The notes under the pieces are model-generated. The model did no database searches. It was not told the origin of the DNA and worked only from the letters and a program-made list of their open reading frames with translations. Made by a program: the position numbers and the translations under genes. DNA of 64,000 nucleotides from a virus: the IMG/VR virus record IMGVR_UViG_3300045988_137040; one strand, given 5' to 3'. Each line of letters starts with the position of its first letter. Positions within the stretch are counted from its first letter, which is position 1. This document shows, in pieces, positions 17,138 through 26,235 of the stretch.

Positions 17138-18430
17138 ATGGCAACAAACGCACTTAATCTATCTCAGGTACAGACTGTCACCGAACAGTTGCATACCGAC
17201 CTGGTTGCTCGTGCAAGCATGCTGAACGACCAGATGGCAGACAAACTTCGTCTTACCGTTACTACCGATGTTGAGAACATCGACAAGCTGTTTATCTTCA
17301 ATGACAAGGGGCTGCTTGCACGTCAGTACAAGCAGGGTGCCGTGAAGAAAGTGCAGCTCGGTACCTTTACCGAGAACCCCGCGAAGGTTATACTCGCCGT
17401 TACGCATCCACAAGACAACGTGCAGAAGTATCGCGAGAAAGAGCCTTTTCACGTGAACCCCGACGGTACCAACAATGCCGAGAAGACGCAGTTCCTCCTC
17501 GGTAAGATCGCAGAGCGTCACGCACAGGATGTCCGTGCCAACTTTTTCTTCGGCAACGAGGCAAACGACAATTTGGAGGATACTACCGCTAACCAGGTAA
17601 AGCGCGGACTGTCGCTCTACGATGGCATCTATACCAAGATTGCCAAGGGTATCACGACTGGTAAGATTTCCAAGACGATTGGAAACCTCGTTGAGACGGG
17701 TGACCTCATGGCTTCAAACGTCACGTCGCAGCAGGCTTACGAGAAGTTCAAGGCCATGTACCAAGCGATTAACGACGATCTCCGCGCCGCTGAAGAGATA
17801 ATTGCTTATGCAAGCTCTGCTCTTGCCGACAAGATTGTCGAAGGCTACATGCTCGTTCATCCGCAACTTGCTCCGTCTACGCTCAACGAAGGATGGAAGT
17901 TCTCTCAGATGCCTAACCTCACCCTTGTTACTCACTCGGCTATGGGTAAGGGTTCACAGATCATCTTTGCCCTTCCTGGCGTATTGGAGTACATCTGCGA
18001 CATCCGCCCAGAGGGTCCGGCCAACATCACCGTGGAACGAGACAGTGACGACCACAACCTCTTCGACTATCAGATTCAGACAGCACAGGCAAGTCGTATC
18101 CGCGACTACAGCCCCAAGTCTATCTGCGTCAACGAGCAGGTCAACACACCTAACAGCGTACCTGCAGGTGACTACATCGCCGATGTGTTCACGGTGTCAA
18201 CATCTGACGAAAAGGAGGGCACTGTCCAAATCACATCGGGCAAGAAAGACCTCTACGCCGAGGGCGACATCATCACCGTCACTGCCACGCCTAAAACTCA
18301 ATACAAGTTCGCGGGCTGGTCAGACGGAGCTACTGCTAATCCTTACAACTACACGTTTGAGGGCGGCGTAATGAACCTTGTAGCCCAGTTCGAGGAAGCT
18401 ACTGCAAGCACAAGCTCTAAGCAGCATTAA
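17138..18430 (+). CDS. major capsid protein with a C-terminal InlB-B-repeat-like domain
   Basis: Position is after the protease-scaffold gene; size is 430 aa. The last ~65 aa, GTVQITSGKKDLYAEGDIITVTATPKTQYKFAGWSDGATANPYNYTFEGGVMNLVAQFE, fit the divergent InlB B-repeat pattern. Confidence 0.6.
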   Translation: MATNALNLSQVQTVTEQLHTDLVARASMLNDQMADKLRLTVTTDVENIDKLFIFNDKGLLARQYKQGAVKKVQLGTFTENPAKVILAVTHPQDNVQKYREKEPFHVNPDGTNNAEKTQFLLGKIAERHAQDVRANFFFGNEANDNLEDTTANQVKRGLSLYDGIYTKIAKGITTGKISKTIGNLVETGDLMASNVTSQQAYEKFKAMYQAINDDLRAAEEIIAYASSALADKIVEGYMLVHPQLAPSTLNEGWKFSQMPNLTLVTHSAMGKGSQIIFALPGVLEYICDIRPEGPANITVERDSDDHNLFDYQIQTAQASRIRDYSPKSICVNEQVNTPNSVPAGDYIADVFTVSTSDEKEGTVQITSGKKDLYAEGDIITVTATPKTQYKFAGWSDGATANPYNYTFEGGVMNLVAQFEEATASTSSKQH

Positions 18431-18456
18431 AATTCATAACACTAACACATTTTATT

Positions 18457-19053
18457 ATGGCACAATCATGTATTCCCAAATCGGTGATTTCTTCAGCAAG
18501 TTGCAAAGAAAATCCCGCAGGTGTCAGCAGATTCCTGTTTGCCGTACCCTTAGATACTAACCATATCAAGTCGATTACGACCAACGACGAAGCAAACCGG
18601 TATGACATCATACCAGCTGCTAAGGCCGAAATAGCTGGTGGCACCGAACCGGCCCTTAAAGGTTACCGCATTGACTTCAAGCCACAAACGGGTCAATACA
18701 CTTCCGATGACAACGGAACTGGCAAGGCTTGGAGTGGCACTGCCACTGGCCGTGTAGAGCTCTCAGAAGACGATATGGCTTACACTTCCCGTGTATTGCA
18801 CAACAGCGACAATTACCTTTACTTTTTGGCTACTGGCCAAAAAGACAGCACCGGTAAAAACGAGTTTATCGTGATAGGCAACGAGAACGGCGAGGCGGAA
18901 TGGTCTGTCAAGGCGGACACTGGCACAAAGCGTAGCGATGACCACGGTCAGACCTTTACCGTGAAGTGCGACTACCAGCTCTATCCTATCACCAAATGGT
19001 ACGGTACCATAGAGCAAGAAGTCGCGGCCGAAAGCTCTTCAAGCCAAAAGTAA
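18457..19053 (+). CDS. hypothetical structural protein (head module)
   Basis: 198-aa ORF between the capsid gene and a strong terminator. Confidence 0.65.
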   Translation: MAQSCIPKSVISSASCKENPAGVSRFLFAVPLDTNHIKSITTNDEANRYDIIPAAKAEIAGGTEPALKGYRIDFKPQTGQYTSDDNGTGKAWSGTATGRVELSEDDMAYTSRVLHNSDNYLYFLATGQKDSTGKNEFIVIGNENGEAEWSVKADTGTKRSDDHGQTFTVKCDYQLYPITKWYGTIEQEVAAESSSSQK

Positions 19054-19087
19054 GCACACTTGCGCATACCAAATTCTCAATAGGCAC

Positions 19088-19129
19088 GAGACCCAGGCAC
19101 CAATACGTCGTGCCTGGGTCTCTTTCGTT
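19088..19129 (+). terminator. intrinsic terminator
   Basis: 13-bp perfect stem GAGACCCAGGCAC/GTGCCTGGGTCTC with a 9-nt loop, followed by TTTCGTT. Confidence 0.75.
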
Positions 19130-19149
19130 AATTGTAATTCACACATGAC

Positions 19150-20427
19150 ATGTTCATAACAACCGAAAATGAGATTGTCTCACTCATGCCTACGGCACGA
19201 TGGAGCAGACCCGACCAACTCCTCGGCTACCTTGAAGAGGAAGAGATGGTAAGTCTTGAACCGCTGTTAGGCACATCGCTCTACAACCACCTCTGCACGG
19301 AGTGTGAGCGATTGCGTAATACTTACACCGACATCACCGCCACGACCATACGTCCCACAGGCAAGGCACGTAAGAATCCTATCGTGCCATACGCATGCGT
19401 GACCGACCGACTCAACGATATTGTCAACGGTAATATTCAGCTCGACCTGTACGACGTTCCGCCGTCTTCATTGTCAACCGACAAGGATGTAACGGTCATG
19501 GATATGCAGACGGTGCAACTGCTACGCATCTGTCAACAGATAGAATTTTACAAGATGCTGGCACATAAGGCCGGGTTACTCACGGTGTCGTTCAACGAGG
19601 GTGGCGGCATGAACGTCGTGAGTGCCGACGGTTATGACCCTGCCGACGACAAACGCATGGAGCGGGTGGCCAAGGACGCGTTCATGTCTGCCGGGCGTGC
19701 CGTAGACTCCCTATTGCTATTCCTCGAATCCGACGCCAAAAGCGACAAGATATTCACCGCCCTTTGGCAAGAGGCCGACGCTTTCTATCTTCATCGTGAC
19801 CTGCTTTTCCAGACCGCACGGGTCTTGAACGAATACTTGGACATCAAGGGTGATCGCATGCAGTACATCTCAATGGTGCGAGACATACGTTTCTGCCAAA
19901 ACACTTACATCAAGCCACGCGTCGGTGCCAGACTGCTGAAGGCGATTGTCAGCTATGCCAACGGACTGGAACAGAGCAAGAGCACTTCTTCGTCGGTTTC
20001 TTCCTCGGCATCATCCTCGGTATCTTCTTCCGACGGCAAGGCTGTAAAACCTCTCGACCCCGACGTGGCCGACGAACTGCTGTCTATGCTCCGCACCTCC
20101 CTTGCCTTCTATGTTGAGAGCAGACGCACCACGCTGACACAATCAAAGGAACGATTAATGCAGCGCGACTCGCTGAACGATGCCCAGCAAGCGATGGCGA
20201 TGGCCTGTCATTACATTGCGGACAATCTCGACGCGCTTGGCGATGCTGCCGTGGATTCACCAATCTACAAGGAAGTGAAAGAAAGAGAAACCCGAAAGGC
20301 TAATGACAAGAAAAACGCCGAGCGCGCCCAGCAACGGCACGAGAGGGAACGGTATGAAACACAAAAGCGCAAACTCTTCACGGCCTTTCCGCCGACATAC
20401 AGAGTACCACCAGTAAACGTAAAATGA
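19150..20427 (+). CDS. hypothetical structural protein with a Ser-rich linker
   Basis: 425 aa, containing SKSTSSSVSSSASSSVSSSDG. Confidence 0.7.
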   Translation: MFITTENEIVSLMPTARWSRPDQLLGYLEEEEMVSLEPLLGTSLYNHLCTECERLRNTYTDITATTIRPTGKARKNPIVPYACVTDRLNDIVNGNIQLDLYDVPPSSLSTDKDVTVMDMQTVQLLRICQQIEFYKMLAHKAGLLTVSFNEGGGMNVVSADGYDPADDKRMERVAKDAFMSAGRAVDSLLLFLESDAKSDKIFTALWQEADAFYLHRDLLFQTARVLNEYLDIKGDRMQYISMVRDIRFCQNTYIKPRVGARLLKAIVSYANGLEQSKSTSSSVSSSASSSVSSSDGKAVKPLDPDVADELLSMLRTSLAFYVESRRTTLTQSKERLMQRDSLNDAQQAMAMACHYIADNLDALGDAAVDSPIYKEVKERETRKANDKKNAERAQQRHERERYETQKRKLFTAFPPTYRVPPVNVK

Positions 20428-21089
20428 CAACACTTAACACGAAAACGACTATGTATCTAATTGAACCCTGCTGCGCAAGCAAGCATTTTATGCTTCTGCG
20501 CGACGCCATCGGCTCCTGCGGTAAGGCGACGTTTGAAGGTTACGGAGACCTTTCATTGACGGAGCTGCTGCCAGCTATCCTCACTCGTTATGCCGAGACG
20601 AGAATGATGATTATAGCTCCGGCCATCCCCGACCAGGCTGCCGACATCATCTACGAATGGCTGCGCAAGACGTGGGCACGAATGGACGGAAAAGGACGGA
20701 TCAACGTGCTATCTAAGCTAACTATCGTTGCCGATCTTAGCGAGGAAGTATCTCCAACGGCATCTTTGTGGCTAAAGAGCAATCCGTTCCCCGAACGTCT
20801 CACACTCGTTGACAAGGCGCAAGATGATACGGCTCTGCTGTTGCCCGACATGGCAATTGTAGGCCCTGTGAACATGCGCTACGGTAAACACTTTGTCTGC
20901 GAGGTCACGACAAAACAAGAAGAGGTGAACGAGCTGTGGGACTTCTATTCCAAGTTCACCAAGCGAACCAACCGCACCGCACGCAAGACGGCAAAGGCCG
21001 TCGCTGCTCCTGCTGACAAGGCCGACGATGAACCCGCTGACAGCGCAAGTTCCGCTCTGCCAAAGGACGAGGACGCAAGCTCTAACTAA
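20424..21089 (+). CDS. hypothetical protein (head/neck module)
   Basis: 221 aa. ATGA overlap with the upstream gene. Confidence 0.7.
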   Translation: MTTLNTKTTMYLIEPCCASKHFMLLRDAIGSCGKATFEGYGDLSLTELLPAILTRYAETRMMIIAPAIPDQAADIIYEWLRKTWARMDGKGRINVLSKLTIVADLSEEVSPTASLWLKSNPFPERLTLVDKAQDDTALLLPDMAIVGPVNMRYGKHFVCEVTTKQEEVNELWDFYSKFTKRTNRTARKTAKAVAAPADKADDEPADSASSALPKDEDASSN

Positions 21090-21103
21090 CGGGAGGGCCG
21101 ACT

Positions 21104-21586
21104 ATGAGCTGTAAGGAATTTGACCTCGACGACCTGCTGGCTATCACAGTCATTCCCGTGACCGACTACAATCCCGGTCTGTCTGGTTGGCAGGTGTTGC
21201 CGACGATACCCAACACAAGTTTCTCGCCGCCACTCTCCAACGCTATTGCCATCGGTGTGCAGCCTGCCACGACGGGTGGCAAACTGGTGCCTATCATGCG
21301 CAAAAGCGGTAAGGCGAAGGACAGCGAGAGTGACAGCGTGGCGGGGCGCAAGCACAGCGTCAGCGTATCGTGCCAGGCCGACGACCGCGAGGCTAAGGTA
21401 TGGGACTATCTGCTTGCGTTGGAGCGCACGCCGAGCCATCTGCTGCTCACGTTCCGTGGTGGCAGTCGTGGTTTCGTGCAAGCCACGGAGGACAGCTACT
21501 CCTGCGAGGTGAACCGCGACGGCGCCAAGACGAGCGTGGAGTTCAGGATTGAGAACCTCATGGGCATCCAGTTGATTACCACGTGA
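21104..21586 (+). CDS. hypothetical protein (head/neck module)
   Basis: 160-aa ORF. Confidence 0.65.
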   Translation: MSCKEFDLDDLLAITVIPVTDYNPGLSGWQVLPTIPNTSFSPPLSNAIAIGVQPATTGGKLVPIMRKSGKAKDSESDSVAGRKHSVSVSCQADDREAKVWDYLLALERTPSHLLLTFRGGSRGFVQATEDSYSCEVNRDGAKTSVEFRIENLMGIQLITT

Positions 21587-21626
21587 GGGAATTTTCGATA
21601 AAGAGATTCAAGCAAGGAAAGAAAAG

Positions 21627-21662
21627 GGAGTCAACGGTGCTTGTGCCGTTGACTCCTTTTGT
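21627..21662. terminator. bidirectional terminator between convergent genes
   Basis: GGAGTCAACGG/CCGTTGACTCC 11-bp stem, with TTTTGTG on the + strand and a T-rich run on the - strand. Confidence 0.7.
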
Positions 21663-21663
21663 G

Positions 21664-22413
21664 TCACAACTCTTGCGCAATCCGCTGTTGCGCTATCTCA
21701 AAGTATTTTTTGTCGGTCTCAAAACCGATGAAGTGTCTGTGTTCACGCATGGCGGCAATGGCGGTGGTGCCACTGCCCATGCAGTTGTCAAGTATTACCC
21801 CCCCCAATTCACTGTAGGTACGAATGAGGTATCGCACCAGGTCAACGGGCTTCTGCGTGGGGTGCAGTCGGTTGGTGTCTCGGTTGAACTTTATCACGTC
21901 GAGGGGATAACGCTCGGCCTTATAGTGTGTCATCACTGGCTCACGCATGTGCGTAATGTCATAGCTTGTGGTGGGCGTACCCTGCTTTGCCGAGTACGCC
22001 TTTCCTGGTCGCATCTGAGGATGGTAGTTCATGGCGTTGCTTTTATCACGCACGAAGGCCGCTGCCGACTTGCTAAAGACAAGGATGTTCTCATGAACCT
22101 TCAGTGGAGCGAAATGGCTGTTGAGAAAGCCGGTGGCATTTTCTTTCTGCCATATCCATTCATATTTGAAGAGCCGTGGGTTGCTGGCCACAAGGATGGC
22201 CGAGAACGGCATCTGCGAGAACAGCACGATGGCACCACGGTCTTTGACGATCCGCTCGTATTCTTTCCACAGAGGTTGCAAGGGTACCACGCTGTCCCAT
22301 GCGTTGCGGGTGGTACCGTAGGGCAGGTCACAGATGATGGCGTCGATGCTTTGGTCGGGAATGTCTCTCATTCCGAGCAGGCAGTCGGTGTTGTAAATGC
22401 GGTCTAAATCCAT
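21664..22413 (-). CDS. beta-class N6-adenine/N4-cytosine DNA methyltransferase
   Basis: The N-terminal IICDLPYG (DPPY-type motif IV) precedes the C-terminal DNCMGSGTTAIAA (FxGxG motif I). An internal G8 tract lies at 21798-21805. Confidence 0.8.
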   Translation of the reverse strand: MDLDRIYNTDCLLGMRDIPDQSIDAIICDLPYGTTRNAWDSVVPLQPLWKEYERIVKDRGAIVLFSQMPFSAILVASNPRLFKYEWIWQKENATGFLNSHFAPLKVHENILVFSKSAAAFVRDKSNAMNYHPQMRPGKAYSAKQGTPTTSYDITHMREPVMTHYKAERYPLDVIKFNRDTNRLHPTQKPVDLVRYLIRTYSELGGVILDNCMGSGTTAIAAMREHRHFIGFETDKKYFEIAQQRIAQEL

Positions 22414-22434
22414 GTGATATTATTAGTTGGAAAT

Positions 22435-22468
22435 CAAAAAACCTACCGCAAGATACGATGCGGTAGGT
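22435..22468 (-). terminator. hairpin plus T-run on the minus strand
   Basis: CCTACCGCA/TGCGGTAGG stem with an 8-nt loop, followed on the minus strand by TTTTTT. Confidence 0.55.
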
Positions 22469-22488
22469 TGGAAATCAAGGGCAAAGCG

Positions 22489-22578
22489 GTCGCATGACGA
22501 CTTTTTTTGGTCGCTTCGCTTGAAATTTTATTTATAATTTTTATTTATAATTTTTATTTATAATTTTTATTTATAATT
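22489..22578. repeat. left inverted-repeat arm flanking the GxxExxY gene; contains a 12-bp tandem repeat, about 4.5 copies
   Basis: GGTCGCTTCGCTTGAAATTTTATTTATAATTTTTATTTATAATT... is the reverse complement of 23121-23203. Confidence 0.85.
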
Positions 22579-22630
22579 GGCTGGCGCGGTGATTAAAAAC
22601 AAATTCCAAACGGTTCAAAGTGCATGCACA

Positions 22631-23083
22631 TCACAAGAGCTTTACCTTCTCGATGGTATGAGTAAGCGGATCACGACGATACCAAGCAGAGTAAAGATAC
22701 GGACCGCCAAAGTTGATCAACATACCGTATTCCGTGTGCGTCAAGTGCATGTAGTTCCACAGCTGGCGCACGTGCGCGTCGTTGGTATGTATCACTGACT
22801 TCAACTCCACAATGATACCATCAATCACCAAGTCCATGCGGTAGTGCTGGGCAAGGCGTACATCCTCCCAGTATATCGCCAACTCTTTCTGACGCTCAAC
22901 CTTGTGTCCTTCTTTGCGTAATAGATACTCCATTGCTGCCTCGTATGCTGACTCCAACAATCCGGGGTGGTATTTCGCGTGTACCTTCATAGCTACACCT
23001 GTGATCGTTCGCAAAGGCTGCAACTTTGCGTTATATTCTTGAATTGCATCCATAGCCGAAAACCTTAATAGCTCATTCTTCAA
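22631..23083 (-). CDS. GxxExxY family protein (PD-(D/E)XK nuclease superfamily)
   Basis: HPGLLESAYEAAMEYLLRKEGHKVERQ...YRMDLVIDGIIVELKSV...LINF shows the GxxExxY motif and the D...ExK core. Confidence 0.8.
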   Translation of the reverse strand: MKNELLRFSAMDAIQEYNAKLQPLRTITGVAMKVHAKYHPGLLESAYEAAMEYLLRKEGHKVERQKELAIYWEDVRLAQHYRMDLVIDGIIVELKSVIHTNDAHVRQLWNYMHLTHTEYGMLINFGGPYLYSAWYRRDPLTHTIEKVKLL

Positions 23084-23120
23084 AACAGTCGCCTCACTCC
23101 CGCGCTATTTGGGTTCGCAG

Positions 23121-23203
23121 AAAAATTATTAATAAAATTATAAATAAAAATTATAAATAAAATTTCAAGCGAAGCGCCCACATAAAAAGGGACGCGGCGA
23201 CCG
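23121..23203. repeat. right inverted-repeat arm flanking the GxxExxY gene
   Basis: ...AATTATAAATAAAAATTATAAATAAAATTTCAAGCGAAGCGCCC is the reverse complement of the left arm. It includes a GCGAAGC box. Confidence 0.85.
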
Positions 23204-23208
23204 AAAGG

Positions 23209-24093
23209 TTAATACCCTACCTCGTCATACTTCTGCCAATCCTCTTCGACTTGAAACGAGGAGGAGAAGGTGGCGTCCTTGAAGAAGCGGCCACGATACA
23301 CGGTGCGGTAGTTGTTGCGGATGGGCACGTCGGTGAACGTGTGGGCCTTCAGCAGCGTGCCGTCAGCGGCATAGGCAGAGACGGTGACGGTGCAGGGCTT
23401 TTCCGTGTCACTGCCGAGGATATAGATGCTGAACATCGTGGTGCCGTCCGTCTCCGTGGTGTAGTCCGTCCACGATACGTTGTACGTGTCAGTCGGTGTG
23501 ATACCCGACCGCCGCGGAAAGCTCCACTGCGTCGGGGTGCTGTTGGCCGTGACTTCTATCTTCTTCACCTCCGTGGGTATCTCGTCGGTGATGATGATGC
23601 GGAACATGCCGACGGCACGTTGCATCATGCAGGAGAGAGCGGTCGTCTTAGCTGGCGTGAACGTCGTCGAGTAATATAGCGTCTGCAACTTCTTCGTGTC
23701 AGGGAACGTCACCACGCCACCGGCCATTGTCGTTGGCGCACTCTCCTTGTGGCCGATGGCATAGAGCGTGTAGGTCTTGTCCTTGTCGAGCATGAGCGAG
23801 AGCGTACCGAAGTCGTTGTCCTTGGTGGTCTGATGGTTCTCGGTCACGGCTGCGGTCTGTGTGAGTGCCTTGGCGGAGTCGCCCTCCATGAGCCAGAGGT
23901 CGAGACGATTCACCACGTTGCCGACAGGTACGGCTGCACGGGTCACTGCCATCGTCTCGGTGGTGTAAGGCGCAAAGGTGAGCGTCACTCTCTGTTTCCC
24001 GGTCGTTACTTCCTCGTCGTCCAACGGGGTGTTTCCATTCACGCAAGCGGCACACAAGAGTGCCACGGCTGCGAAAGCAAAAAGATTCTTCAT
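23209..24093 (-). CDS. fimbrillin (FimB/Mfa2-like) family lipoprotein
   Basis: Lipobox signal MKNLFAFAAVALLCAAC. The body resembles Bacteroidales fimbrillin-family proteins (by recollection; an HMM check is needed). Confidence 0.5.
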   Translation of the reverse strand: MKNLFAFAAVALLCAACVNGNTPLDDEEVTTGKQRVTLTFAPYTTETMAVTRAAVPVGNVVNRLDLWLMEGDSAKALTQTAAVTENHQTTKDNDFGTLSLMLDKDKTYTLYAIGHKESAPTTMAGGVVTFPDTKKLQTLYYSTTFTPAKTTALSCMMQRAVGMFRIIITDEIPTEVKKIEVTANSTPTQWSFPRRSGITPTDTYNVSWTDYTTETDGTTMFSIYILGSDTEKPCTVTVSAYAADGTLLKAHTFTDVPIRNNYRTVYRGRFFKDATFSSSFQVEEDWQKYDEVGY

Positions 24094-24105
24094 GGCTTTT
24101 TGTTT

Positions 24106-24291
24106 TTAAGTTGATGGATATTCGTTGATGTTCTTAATCTCCACTTCCATCCCGAGTTGCCTTGCCCGGTCGAAGTATCCTTGCCGCACCTTCTCGTTGG
24201 GGATAAGTGCGGCGATACGGTGCTGCGTGCCATCCGCCTTGCGGTAGATGACAGCGCACGCACCATAGAAAGGTTGGTTATTCGTGTTCAT
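24106..24291 (-). CDS. hypothetical small protein
   Basis: 61-aa ORF on the operon strand. Confidence 0.55.
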   Translation of the reverse strand: MNTNNQPFYGACAVIYRKADGTQHRIAALIPNEKVRQGYFDRARQLGMEVEIKNINEYPST

Positions 24292-24370
24292 ATTAACGCT
24301 CTTTGATATGATAAACTATGTGCTCCGTTCTCTGTATAGGCGCCGAACACTCATCGCCATGAAAAAACGC

Positions 24371-24589
24371 TCAGAAACAATCCAAGATAACGCCATTTTC
24401 CTCTATAACGTCGAAATCGCCCCAACCATCATCTAACATCTCTTTCACTTCGGCCAATCCAATTTTGGCTAACTCCATACTGTCATACTCCCTGTCCCAG
24501 AGCCAACCCTCGCTGGATTCTATCTTTTTTATGCTTCTATCCGCGTAAACATCATAGACCCGGCAGAAAGCCCAAATTCCGAAACTCAT
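24371..24589 (-). CDS. hypothetical small acidic protein
   Basis: 72-aa ORF. Confidence 0.55.
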   Translation of the reverse strand: MSFGIWAFCRVYDVYADRSIKKIESSEGWLWDREYDSMELAKIGLAEVKEMLDDGWGDFDVIEENGVILDCF

Positions 24590-24628
24590 AAAAACTCGCT
24601 TTACCGTGATGCATAGGGCTGAAGAACA

Positions 24629-25381
24629 TTACTTATTGTTTCTATCAATCAAGCCTATAGCATAATGATGGGTATCGTAGCTATATTCCATCGTCGTTTT
24701 TTTGATGGTTTCATAATAGTTGCCATCTAAAGTAATTACCAACTCGTCGTCTTCTGCTTCCTCAATTTCATCGTAGATTTTCTCCTTGTTGTCGAGGAAC
24801 GAACGCAAAGAAGCGAAATCGTTAAAGTCAGACACGAAAGGCTGCACCTCGTTCTCGTAGAACTCCTCCAAGTCCTCATTTGAAAATTCGCTGGCATTAT
24901 CGCCATACTCGTCAGCCGAACGCTCGAACGGCTCCCATTCCTTATTCCCTGTTCTGTACCATAAGTTCCACCCATCTCGCTTGGTGAAACATTCGATGCT
25001 CAGGCCATTCTTTTTTGCCAGCTCATCGGCCTGCTCGAATGAGTCGAAGCCGATAATGGCTTTCTGTAAGCCCTGTGGGTAGCCATTCCAACCGGATGTT
25101 GTCTCTATCAACTCCAAGCCGTTCTCATACGCTATGTCTTCAAGGTTGCGCTCTGGTAAATAGTTGTAGTTCTCATTCAGATAGGCTTTCAGCTCATCTA
25201 TCTGCTCGTCGGTCGGCTCGCCCGTCTCGTTGAGCTCGCTATCATCGAAGAACTCTTGCCAACCCGTACTCTCAGCGTTGCTGATTATATAATCGGCCAT
25301 AGAACTGTATCCGCCATCTTTGATGTATTGCTCATTGTCGTGAGCAATAGCATTAATGTAAGTGTCAATGCTCTTTCTCAT
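24629..25381 (-). CDS. hypothetical highly acidic protein
   Basis: The track ORF runs to 25459. The ATG at 25381 (MRKSIDTY...) is preferred. The sequence is D/E-rich throughout. Confidence 0.65.
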   Translation of the reverse strand: MRKSIDTYINAIAHDNEQYIKDGGYSSMADYIISNAESTGWQEFFDDSELNETGEPTDEQIDELKAYLNENYNYLPERNLEDIAYENGLELIETTSGWNGYPQGLQKAIIGFDSFEQADELAKKNGLSIECFTKRDGWNLWYRTGNKEWEPFERSADEYGDNASEFSNEDLEEFYENEVQPFVSDFNDFASLRSFLDNKEKIYDEIEEAEDDELVITLDGNYYETIKKTTMEYSYDTHHYAIGLIDRNNK

Positions 25382-25559
25382 AATATTCTTGAAATTGTAA
25401 TTAGATGCCCTTAGCTGTTTATGCTCTTTACGATAGCAACATACACGAGGACAGCCCAAATTAATGTCATGATGTTTATAATTAATTGTTGTTGTAGCTA
25501 TGGCAAAGGTAGGAAATGTTTTTGAGAAACATCCTGTCTTTGTGCTTTTTTGTTTTATA

Positions 25560-26201
25560 TTATTGTCTCTCGGCCATCACGTCAAAGTCTGCGAGGATGT
25601 CACGCACAAGGTCAAGGTGAGCATCATCTGTATCCTTGGGGTCAAAGATGATGTCCTTACACTCGCCCTCGTAGTCGCACGTGAACCCGACACAATTACA
25701 ACTGTTCTCATAGAGGCTTCCATCCGCAGGGTCTTCATCCTCCATGTCTGGCACGTCAAGCCACACGTTAAATATCATGCCACGCTGTGCAAGGCCATTC
25801 TCATCCTCGCTGACAAACGTGTGCTCCATGTTAAGTGCGCACTCTGTTAGCGTGACAACAAACACGCCATTGGCCTCCATGTTCCATGAGATGCCCGGCA
25901 GCTCCGCTCCCTTGGCGTAGCCATAGTGGTAATACATCGCCATGCGCTCACAGAGACAATGCAACAACTTGCACATGTCACTGATGTTCTCATAGGCCAA
26001 CTTCTTCATCTCATGTTGAGCACTGCGCTTGGAGCTCTCTATCTCCAAGCGGTAGACGGAACGATAGAGCTCGTCATCCCACGCTTCATCGAACGACTTG
26101 TCGCCACGGATAGACTTACTCAACTGCCCCATGATGTCAATGCAGTCCATGAGGTTCTCGGTACGCAAACCACTCACTTCGTTTCTTAAACTTTTACTCA
26201 T
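25560..26201 (-). CDS. hypothetical acidic, Cys-containing protein
   Basis: 213-aa ORF. Confidence 0.7.
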   Translation of the reverse strand: MSKSLRNEVSGLRTENLMDCIDIMGQLSKSIRGDKSFDEAWDDELYRSVYRLEIESSKRSAQHEMKKLAYENISDMCKLLHCLCERMAMYYHYGYAKGAELPGISWNMEANGVFVVTLTECALNMEHTFVSEDENGLAQRGMIFNVWLDVPDMEDEDPADGSLYENSCNCVGFTCDYEGECKDIIFDPKDTDDAHLDLVRDILADFDVMAERQ

Positions 26202-26235
26202 AATTGTAGCTTTTTATTAATTAATAATCTTGTTT

